From the NCBI GenBank assembly GCA_964016885.1, contig OZ024760.1:33046001-33110000 (forward strand): 64,000 nt of DNA. The letters run 5' to 3'. A program made the translations under genes and the position numbers. The notes beneath the pieces are model-generated. The model worked only from the letters and a program-made list of their open reading frames with translations. It was not told the DNA's origin and did no database searches. Position 1 is the stretch's first letter, and each line of letters opens with the position of its first letter. This document shows, piece by piece, positions 54,231-64,000 of the stretch. Source of the DNA: Eledone cirrhosa (lineage: Eukaryota).

Positions 54231-54800
54231 GGGCGGTGGATTGGCAGTATCGGTAGATGGTCGGACGCCATGCTTTCCAGCATAGTTACGTCCCTTTACG
54301 ATCTGAGTTCAAATCCCGCCGAGGTTGACTTTGCCTTTCATCCTTACGGGGTCGATAAAATAAAGTACCAGTAATGCACTGGGTATTTGCTGGCCTTGTG
54401 CCTAAAGTAGAAACAATTATTGTCAGTATTAACTTTGCCTTTCATCCTTACAGGGTCGATAAAATAAAGTACCAGTAATACACTGTCACTATAAGTAGAT
54501 GCCCATTCACAAACAGTATTGAAAATATGTTCTTCGACAAATAAAAATGTTTTGTTCATACTATTTCGACTAGCGGTTGTTGTTCTACTCCACGCACGAC
54601 CGCCACAAATTGGTGACCAGCTCAACACAAATATTGGTAGAGCGTCAGACACCATGTTTTGCAGCATTGTTATGGCCCTTGGCGTTCTAAGTTCAAATCC
54701 CGCCGAGGTTAACTTTGCCTTTCATCCTTACCAGTTCGATAAAATAAAGTACCAGTAATGGACTGCGGTAATGGCTTTGTGCCGAAAAATAGAAACTATT
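54231..54800 (+). mobile_element. SINE cluster (one full, two partial copies)
   Basis: GGCGGTGGATTGGCAGTATCGGTAGA...GAGTTCAAATCCCGCC...GTAGAAACAATTATT. Confidence 0.85.
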
Positions 54801-55349
54801 AATGTGCCATAAGAGCAAAATCTCACGACATTGCTCAATTATTTTATCTAATGTTGCAACAATACAGGGAAATGTAGTTGGTGTATTTTTAAAAATATTA
54901 TTCATAGGCTTTTCCAATTTCGCTCAGCCAACAACTATTAAAAAGAGAGTTGCTTAAGATAATAATTTAATCACAAATTGTCATCTTTTAATACACTCCA
55001 AAAAGTCATCAAATTATGTGCAATAAGAACAAATCTCATTAATTTGCTCAGGGAATAAAGAAAATTTATATAGACTGATAATTGCAATTGTATGTAAATA
55101 TTTTATTTTTATATTGTTTATTTATTTTATGTTTTCTATTATGTATAATATATTGATTTAATATTGATTGTTTTTTGTTGTTGTTTATACTAAAAGTCTG
55201 AAAATATTTTTATACATCTTACACTAATATTTATAAGATCATTTATAATAACAATTATATAATCTAATTACATTATAACGATAATTTATTATTAATATAT
55301 ATCATGTTTAACTAGAGTTATTACAAGCGTTGCCTTAAAAAAATATTAA

Positions 55350-56083
55350 ACTAGACATGAAAAATGCGCAAGCTCAAAAGAATGTTATAATAAACCTTCA
55401 AAAGTGTGGGACTAGAGTTGTTACTAAAACATGTAATCATTATCTATCGTACTTTCTGTGGCATCCTTTATAAAAATATCACAATAAATACATCTATGTT
55501 TAATGTAATAACAGCTATAAATAATTACGTAATATTATTAAACATATACGTACCAGTAATGCACTGGGTAATTTGCTGGCCTTGTGCCTAAAGTAGAAAC
55601 AATTATTAAACATAGACGGTTAACTTTGCATTTCATCCTTACGGGGTCGATAAAATAAAGTACCCATAATGCACTGGGTAATTGCTGGCCTTGTGCCAAA
55701 CGTAGAAACAATTATTAAACATAGACGGCGGTGGATTGGCAGTATCGGTAGGGGGTCGGACGCCATGCTTTGACGCATAGAGTTATGGCCCTTGCCATTC
55801 TGAGTTCAAATCCCGCCGAGGTTAACTTTGCCTTTCATCCTTACGGGGTCGATAAAATAAAGTACCAGTAATACACTGGTTAATTGCTGGCCTTGTGCCA
55901 AAAGTAGAAACAATTATTAAACATCGATGTATTTATTGTGATATTTTTATAAAGGATGCCACAGAAAGTACGATAGATAATGATTACAATGTGTTTTAGT
56001 AACAACTCTAGTCCCCCCACACTTTTGAAGGTTTATTATAACATTCTGTGGCTCTTTTGAGCTTGCGCATTTTTCATGTCTAG

Positions 56084-56084
<1 letters not shown>
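55350..56084. mobile_element. Fold-back element with ~145-bp inverted arms enclosing tandem SINE copies (55548-55922)
   Basis: ACTAGACATGAAAAATGCGCAAGCTCAAAAG...AATAAATACATC mirrored at 55926-56084. Confidence 0.75.
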
Positions 56085-56114
<30 letters not shown>

Positions 56115-56375
56115 ATGTGTGTGTAAAAAAGAAATCATATATGTCTGTGTGTATATATATATATATGTGAGTGTGTGTGTGTATATATATATATATGTAT
56201 GTATGTTAATATGTATTAAGGGTACTATTTATGGTTATGTATGTAATAAAACCTTTAATGGTAATATATTATATATACAAACCTTAAATAGTGAAAGATA
56301 GTCATTAATTACTATCCTATTACCAGTAAGATAAATAGCTCAATGTAATAACATCAGTTGTTTTACAGAGCAGTT

Positions 56376-57827
56376 ATATAGAGATTACAATAATCAAAGT
56401 TCAGTTTAAGTCATTTATTTGCTTACAATTGTTTCCTCCAAACCGAGGTTTGGATTCTTCGGAGCAACTATTTACTGATCTATAACATACTTGACCTCCT
56501 TTTCAACCCAAGAGACACATAAAACATATGCGCATATTGATCAACAGTGGGGTGACATTCATCAAATGATATAGCATGGCAATTTACATGTAAAGGTTAC
56601 AGGATAAAAATAAAAATAAAAGCAAGAATGAAAATAAAGATAAACATGAAGCGTTGGCAGTCTATGAAGATAAAGCAAGAGGAAAGCTTAGAGTAGTCAG
56701 TGTATGAAACAATCTCACGTGTAGCATGCACGCGTGTCTTATTTATACATGATTAGAGTGCGTCAGAATGATATTTGCAGGGTCAGGCAGTTGAAGCAGG
56801 CAGTCGATCTTATTATGTGGGCTGAATTATTAAGTCGTTTATTCTCATACATCTGTATGATATACAGTCTCGGATGCAGGGAAACACCAAAATATCAAAA
56901 ACTTTCAACATACTATAAACCTTATTGTATCGTAGGCAAAGCCGTTCCACTGTCTTCGCTCACACCACCACTCACATAATCCATGAGACGCAATATATAG
57001 AACACGTGTCTATCGTATAATTCACGATGGTTCAGCATATAATCAAGTTATAAACCGTATCCAGTTGGTTCTTAGTTAATAGATCATGCTGTCCAGATTC
57101 CGGAATCTGGACAGCATGATCTATTAACTAAGAACCAACTGGATACGGTTTATAACTTGATTATATGCTGAACCATCGTGAATTATACGATAGACACGTG
57201 TTCTATATATTGCGTCTCATGGATTATGTGAGTGGTGGTGTGAGCGAAGACAGTGGAACGGCTTTGCCTACGATACAATAAGGTTTATAGTATGTTGAAA
57301 GTTTTTGATATTTTGGTGTTTCCCTGCATCCGAGACTGTATATCATACAGATGTATGAGAATAAACGACTTAATAATTCAGCCCACATAATAAGATCGAC
57401 TGCCTGCTTCAACTGCCTGACCCTGCAAATATCATTCTGACGCACTCTAATCATGTATAAATAAGACACGCGTGCATGCTACACGTGAGATTGTTTCATA
57501 CACTGACTACTCTAAGCTTTCCTCTTGCTTTATCTTCATAGACTGCCAACGCTTCATGTTTATCTTTATTTTCATTCTTGCTTTTATTTTTATTTTTATC
57601 CTGTAACCTTTACATGTAAATTGCCATGCTATATCATTTGATGAATGTCACCCCACTGTTGATCAATATGCGCATATGTTTTATGTGTCTCTTGGGTTGA
57701 AAAGGAGGTCAAGTATGTTATAGATCAGTAAATAGTTGCTCCGAAGAATCCAAACCTCGGTTTGGAGGAAACAATTGTAAGCAAATAAATGACTTAAACT
57801 GAACTTTGATTATTGTAATCTCTATAT
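56376..57827. repeat. 1452-bp spacerless palindrome (726-bp arms) with mirrored hammerheads
   Basis: Centre TTCC|GGAA at 57101/57102; identical 81-aa ORF called on both strands; no arm mismatch noticed. Confidence 0.95.
57736..57784 (+). ncRNA. Hammerhead motif with CCGAAGA core (mirror at 56419-56467, -)
   Basis: TTGCT-CCGAAGA-ATCCAAACC-TC-GGTTTGGAG-GAAA-CAATTG-TA-AGCAA. Confidence 0.72.
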
Positions 57828-57919
57828 GTTAATATGTATATCTATATCTATATATACATGTATATATATGTGTATATTTATGTATCTATATATATATGTA
57901 TGTATGTATGTAAGTATGT

Positions 57920-59110
57920 ATGTTCTGGTTTTATTATTTTATAAATGTTCAGCAACAGAGAACTGGTTTCTAACATAGATACAAGACTCTTTCATGGAAT
58001 TTAGATATCAACTAGGTCACTACGTATGTCTGTATGTGTTTGTGTTTGTGTGTATTTGTGTATGCGTGTGTGTGTGTGAGTGGGTGTGTAGATATGGATG
58101 TTGTATATGTGGATCTGAATGTTTTGAGTTATATGTGTAGATGTGTATATATTTCTATATCTGTAGATGTATATATATTTCTATATCTATAGATGTGTAT
58201 ATAATTTCTATATCTATAGATGTGTATATATTTCTATATCTATAGATGTGTATATATTTCTATATCCATAGATGTGTATATATTTCTATATCTATAGATG
58301 TATATATATTTCTATATATGTAGATGTGTATATATTTCTATATCTGTAGGTGTGTGTATATTTCTATATATGTAGATGTGTATATATTTCTATATCTATA
58401 GATGTGTATATATTTCTATATCTGTAGATGTGTATATATTTCTATATCTATAGATGTGTATATAATTTCTATATCTATAGATGTGTGTATATTTCTATAT
58501 CTATAGATGTGTATATATTTCTATATATGTAGATGTGTATATATTTCTATATCTATAGATGTGTATATATTTCTATATCTATAGATGTGTGTATATTTCT
58601 ATATCTATAGATGTGTATATATTTCTATATCTATAGATGTGTATATATTTCTATATCTATAGATGTGTATATATTTCTATATCTATAGATGTGTATATAT
58701 TTCTATATCTATAGATGTGTATATTACATGCTGAATTTCTGAAAAGTTTTACATATTTTTACAGTTCCATTAATGGAGTATATATGTAAATTCCTAACTA
58801 GCCATGCCCTTTCTGGTTCTGTGCAGCCCACCTTCTAAAGATTTATACTGAGGCAGTTAGCAGCATATCCCAGTGCCCCAATAATCACAGGTATAAATCT
58901 GAAGGTGTAATCAGGGTGGAGTATCTGCAGATTCCTCATTAGTTCTGCATAAATGTTCTCCTTTTCACTAATCTTTAGCATATATTGCCATCTGCTGGGC
59001 AGCTAACTTCCACTACTGTGCATGCCTTCTTCTCCCTGTCCCATATCATAATATCTGGTCTGTTATGTCTGCATTTTATTGGGTTTTTTACTGCAACATT
59101 CCACCAGTAC
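57920..59110 (-). mobile_element. R4-clade family C, degraded copy containing an expanded minisatellite
   Basis: 58735-59110 matches 27835-28200; 3'UTR matches 27590-27780. Confidence 0.8.
58130..58725. repeat. 26-bp minisatellite, about 22 units
   Basis: TTTCTATATCTATAGATGTGTATATA consensus. Confidence 0.93.
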
Positions 59111-59139
59111 TCTTTTATATAGTATATATATATATGCAT

Positions 59140-59680
59140 GTTCTTCTGGTTTTATAATTTCACAAAGTTTTACCAATAGAGAGTCGATTTCTAGCATAGA
59201 CACAAGACTCTCTCATTGGAATTTACACAACATCAACTAGGTAGATATGTATGTATGCATGTATAGATATGGATGTTATTGTATGTGTGGATCTGTATGT
59301 TTTGAGTTGTACATGTGCATGTGTATATGCTTTGCATCTGTATATGCAGTTATTAGATGCAACATTTTTGGAATATTTTACATATCTCTCGAGGAGTTCA
59401 TTCCCAACTCTCATGATCTTATCTGTTTCATGCAGATAGACTTGCTCGAGAAACAGGCCCCTACGCTTCGAGGTTCGTAGATGTTGTCGGAGAGATATGA
59501 TGCGACATTTAAATGCTGTCTGGACTGATGTTAGGCCTCTGCCTCCCTGCCTACGTTTCAAGTAAAGGGGGTCTATGTCACTGTTGATGTGGAAGTTTCC
59601 GGTGTTGTTCAGTATTTTTCGAGTTCCAACATCAACTGCTCGGATTTCGTCTATCGTCTAATTGAGTATTCCGACATACA
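59140..59680 (-). mobile_element. R4-clade family C, internally deleted copy
   Basis: 3'UTR as at 27590, joined near 59385 to RRQGGRGLTSV..VYLHETDKIMRV coding sequence matching 28710-28810. Confidence 0.8.
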
Positions 59681-59819
59681 TACATATATGTATGTATGTT
59701 ATAAATTGTTTGGGAAGTTACCAGGTCTAGTAATGTATTATATATGTATATATGTGTATGTATGTGTGTATATTTATATATATTTATATATATATATGCA
59801 TATATATATATGTATATAT

Positions 59820-60353
59820 GGCATAGGTAAAATATAACGTTCGAGAAAGTGAAACTAATTTTTATGACAAGTGAATGTGTTTGTTTTTTAGTATTGCGTG
59901 TGTGATTCTTTTTCTTTTTCTTTTTTTGTGTATTGTGTGTACGGAAAATTAGACGTACCTTAACATCCTTATTAGACCGTATAAATAGCTGAAATACAGT
60001 TGATCATCTCGCCAACCTAATGTGCACACACAACTCATAGAGAACACTTGGAGCCGTGCGAAGAAAAAGCTCCGTCGACAACATGGGACAAGCGACGATT
60101 TATTCCCCTCGTATTTAGCTGAATTTCTTTGGCGGCAGAGAGTTGGTGCCAACAAATTTAGCGAGATGATCAACTGTATTTCAGCTATTTATACGGTCTA
60201 ATAAGGATGTTAAGGTACGTCTAATTTTCCGTAACACACAATACACAAAAAAAGAAAAAGAAAAAATAATCACACACGCAATGCTAAAAAACAAACATTC
60301 ACTTGTCATAAAAATTAGTTTCACTTTCTCGAACGTTATATTTTACCTATGCC
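59820..60353 (+). mobile_element. Merlin (IS1016/IS1595-like) derived MITE with 9-bp TSD
   Basis: TGTATATAT|GGCATAGGTAAAAT ... ATTTTACCTATGCC|TGTATATAT; ~193-bp inverted arms. Confidence 0.85.
60013..60201 (+). pseudogene. C-terminal remnant of a Merlin/IS1595-family DDE transposase
   Basis: Manual translation QPNVHTQLIENTWSRAKKKLRRQHGTSDDLFPSYLAEFLWRQRVGANKFSEMINCISAIYTV* has the HTQxIExxW and YLxEFxWR motifs; not in the ORF track. Confidence 0.85.
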
Positions 60354-60595
60354 TGTATATATATACATATATGTGTATACATACATGTATATACATACAT
60401 GCATGTATGTGTATATGCATGTATGTGTGTGTATGTATGTATGTATGTATGTGTGTATGTGTATGTATGAGAGAGTAGCTGAGCTGTTGTACATGTCAAA
60501 AAATGGATAAAGTGACAAACATCTTAAAGTGACTAATGGATGTTTATTTAGTTACAGCTAATACCTACCTTGTTGATTATCACTACAGTACTACT

Positions 60596-60656
<61 letters not shown>

Positions 60657-60851
60657 AACATATTAAATATTTTATATACACCTCTTATATATATATATAT
60701 ATATATATATGTTTGTTTTGTTATTTCTGTTTACTTTTTACACACACACATATATATATGTATGTATATATATATTATATATAGAGTTATAAACTCAAAT
60801 AGTCTTTTACAATTAATTAGCTCAAAGAAAGGAATATTTCTGAGCCAAGTA

Positions 60852-61069
60852 ATACAAATGAATATATGATAAGGATAAACACTGATACGAGTATACATGT
60901 GTTCGCATTGCAAATGACCGAGTTAGCTAGATTGAAAAATACTAATTAGTATTTTTCAATCTAGCTAACTCGGTCATTTTAGTATTTTTCAATCTAGCTA
61001 ACTCGGTCATTTGCAATGCGAACACATGTATACTCGTATCAGTGTTTATCCCTATCATATATTCATTTG

Positions 61070-61071
<2 letters not shown>
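60852..61071. repeat. Fold-back palindrome with a ~33-bp duplication in the right arm
   Basis: ATACAAATGAATATATGATA..AAATACTAA|TTAGTATTT..TATCATATATTCATTTGTAT. Confidence 0.88.
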
Positions 61072-61122
<51 letters not shown>

Positions 61123-61176
61123 CGTTTCTGAATTTGTTTAGCAAGATTCTTTATCTGAAATCGTGTGTTGAAACCG

Positions 61177-61665
61177 ATATTGTTATACTATGGGAGAGTC
61201 ATGTTGCCAATAAGAAACACACCCACCAGTTGCTTTCACTTCAATTTATTATAATAAATTTATAAATTTAGGAATTTATAAATTTCCGTTTGGTTGGTTG
61301 GTTCCACAACCAGATGATTGTTTATATATTGTCAAAGTTCTTTCGTCACACATTCTGTGACCTCTTCACTGACTGGGGATTCTTTTCTTTGTTTTTGTGC
61401 CTCTCCTTTGTTCTGTCCTACACCATCTTGTCCATCAAGATGGCGTAGGATAGAACAAAGGAGAGGTACAAAAACAAAGAAAAGAATCTCCAGTCACTGA
61501 AGAGGTCACAGAATGTGTGATGAAAGAACTTTGACAATATATAAACAATCATCTGGTTGTGGAACCAACCAACCAAACGGAAATTTATAAATTTATTATA
61601 ATAAATTGAAGTGAAAGCAACTGGTGTGTGTGTTTCTTATTGGGAACATGACCCTCCCAAAGTAT

Positions 61666-61673
<8 letters not shown>
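61177..61673. repeat. Fold-back palindrome (~240-bp arms) with mirrored hammerheads
   Basis: Centre CATCTTG-tccat-CAAGATG near 61433; a few arm mismatches; (TA)n on the right. Confidence 0.9.
61493..61535 (+). ncRNA. Type-I hammerhead motif
   Basis: GTCA-CTGAAGA-G-GTCACA-GAATG-TGTGAT-GAAA-GAAC-TT-TGAC; the mirror copy at ~61331-61373 has GTGAAGA and CGAAA. Confidence 0.65.
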
Positions 61674-61718
<45 letters not shown>

Positions 61719-61806
61719 TATAAATATATATATATATGTATATATATACACACACGTGTGTGTATATATATATATATATATAATATATATAATATATATA
61801 TATATG

Positions 61807-62818
61807 AATACTAGCTCATTCCATTGCACAGATGGTTCTATAGAAATAGTGGACAGCTTCCGTTACCTGGGTGACAAAATCAGCAGTGGGGGAGGGTGCT
61901 CTGAAAGTACAGTAGCTAGAGTCAGAACTGGATGGAAAAAAGTTCAGAGAGCGTATACCACTATTAGCCGCTAAAGGGTTCTCTCTAAAAATGAAAGGCA
62001 GGCTGTATGGTGCTTGCATACGAACAGCAATGTAGCATGGCAGTGAGACCTTGGTATTGTGTGCAGAGGATATACGCAGACTGGAGAGGAACGAAGCTTG
62101 CATGCTCCGCTGGATGTGTAATAGTAATATACGTGAACGGCAAAGCATAAACGAACTAAGGGAAAAATTAGAAATAAGAGGGATCAGATGTTGTTTACTC
62201 GAGAGAAGACTACATTGGTATGGTCACGTGATGCGCATGAAAGACGACAGCTGTATAAAAAAAGTGCAGGGCAATAAAAATAGACGGTAGCCACGGAGTA
62301 GGCAGACCTAGAAAAACCTGGGACGAGCTGATAAACTCCGACCTCACACACTTACACCTCTCCAAGACAATGTCACTGGACCGAGACCTTTGGCGCTACA
62401 CAGTAATAGAGAACACCCGCCTTACCTAAGTACAAAGTAAAACCTACTACAGTCAGTAGGCACCTCTAACAAAATACACCCCCGTCCCACTACCCCCACC
62501 CCATCCACACCACCCCTTTCAATGTAAAGTTATGTTGGTACCACAACATCCAGCCCGAAACAAATGAGGTCGTGTAGGTGTCACGACAAAAAAACACACA
62601 GTCCACGCTGTAATGTGGTCGTGTAGGTAACACGGTAAAAACCTCCCAGTTCCACACTGTAAATGTGGTTGGTGTTTGGAAGGGCATCCAGCTGTAGAAA
62701 ACCCTCCAGACAGTCCTATGCGAGCAAGACAACCACTCTTGCCTCAAGTGGGAAAACTCCCGTCCAAACCCATGCAAGCGTGGAATATGGACGTTAATCG
62801 ATGATGATGATGATGATG
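61807..62818 (+). mobile_element. 5'-truncated copy of the 2983-6612 RTE LINE
   Basis: Close match to 5478-6612 without the 3'UTR duplication; (GAT)n tail; TA-rich flanks. Confidence 0.93.
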
Positions 62819-62826
62819 TGTATATA

Positions 62827-62862
<36 letters not shown>

Positions 62863-62863
<1 letters not shown>

Positions 62864-63750
62864 CTGACTGCTGTTGGTTGTAGCGGGAGTGGACAGACCT
62901 CCCTGCCTTTGCTTCTATCTTTGCACACGGCACTTGAGGGAGTTGCTTCCACTTCATTTGTTCTCATCTCGGGAACAATTTTGAGTGGCGCCGGTTCGTA
63001 GTTTGAACTCGGGAATTTTGTGTTCTCTCTCCGAGTGAAAGGATCCTTCTGACGAGAGTTTGTCTTTGCAATGGATGCCGTAGGGACTGTCCGTTTGTTT
63101 TTGGGACTCGAAGCCGATTCGGTAAGGGTAGCCATGGTGGGAGGGTTAGTTTTTTAGGATTTGTTTTGAAGCTTTTTCTTGTTTGCTAAACCTTGATTAT
63201 GTATGTTCTGGCTCGTTAATTTGTTGACCTGCCGTTGAGTCACATTGGCGTGTGGTTGGACAGTGCATGTGTCCCTGAGCGACTTGTGCGTGTGGGGATG
63301 TATACTTTATTATTGTTATTCTCCTCTTGGTCGAGAAGAGGATTTGGTCGTTCTGACTGCTGCTAGTTGTTGCGGGAGTGGACTGACCTCCATGCCTTTG
63401 CTTCTATCTTTGCACGCGGCACTTGAGGGAGTTGCTTCCACTTCATATGTTCTCATCTCGGGAACAATTTTGAGTAGCGCCGGTTCGTAGTTTGAACTCG
63501 GGAATTTTATATTCTCCGAGTGGGGGGATCCTTCTGACAAGAGTTTGTCTTTGCAATGGATGCCGTAGGGACTGTCCGTTTGTTTTTGAGACTCGAGGCC
63601 GATTCGGTAGAGGGGGCCATGGTGGCTAAGATTAGTTTTTTGAAGTTTGTTTTGAAACTTTTTCTTATTTGCTGAAACTTGATTATGTGTATTCTGGCTC
63701 GTTGATTTGTTGACCTACCGTTGGGCCACGTTGGCGTGTGGTTGGACAAT
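62863..63750 (-). repeat. Diverged tandem duplication (~490-bp period) of an unidentified ORF-like sequence
   Basis: Both copies encode MAxxTESASS.[16 protein letters not shown]...LKIVPEMRT.EVEATPSSA; TA-rich flanks. Confidence 0.8.
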
Positions 63751-63773
63751 ACATATGTATATATATATGTATG

Positions 63774-63805
<32 letters not shown>

Positions 63806-63839
63806 TGTATGTGTATATATATATATGTGTATATATATG

Positions 63840-63920
<81 letters not shown>

Positions 63921-63924
63921 ATAT

Positions 63925-64000
63925 ATCCGACCTCACACACTTGCACCTCTCCGGGACAATGTCGCTGGACCGAGATCTTTGGCGCTGCACGGTTGTGCAG
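63925..64000 (+). mobile_element. Start of another RTE 3' fragment (runs off the window)
   Basis: CCGACCTCACACACTTGCACCTCTCC..GGACCGAGATCTTTGGCGC matches 6007-6065. Confidence 0.75.

Noticed and set aside
54231-54330. A/B-box sequences as tRNA genes
   Set aside because: They are SINE heads with a conserved non-tRNA body and (ATT)n tail; no cloverleaf.
56734-57469. Identical 81-aa ORF on both strands
   Set aside because: A consequence of the palindrome; non-ATG start and no recognisable domain.

Overview
AT-rich eukaryotic (animal) DNA. The SINE types and the (TA)n/(TTA)n/(TATG)n microsatellites suggest an octopus or other cephalopod, but this is inference only. Almost the whole window is repeats. 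LINEs: RTE and RTE-like copies, three Tx1/L1-clade copies, and at least three families of restriction-like-endonuclease (R4/Dong-type) elements. Other elements: tRNA-type SINEs, Tc1/mariner-, piggyBac- and Merlin-type MITEs, and Helitron-like ends. One host gene runs on the minus strand: four phase-compatible exons from 31631 to 7518, at least 586 aa, with an N-terminal acidic decapeptide repeat and no recognisable family. Its 18.3-kb first intron holds a nest of LINEs inserted in (TTA)n tracts. The most striking signal is not in the ORF track. About ten separate loci carry type-I hammerhead ribozyme (HHR) motifs, many inside fold-back palindromes next to (TA)n, as in Penelope-like element termini. 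In addition, an ORF-free array of 14 near-identical 310-bp units (46668-51048) has one complete HHR per unit and is a candidate retrozyme/circRNA locus. Several HHRs share non-canonical features: a CCGANGA core paired with an ACAAUUGU stem III, a U.U pair closing stem II, or very long stem II inserts. All RNA structures were paired by eye; no activity or database match was tested.
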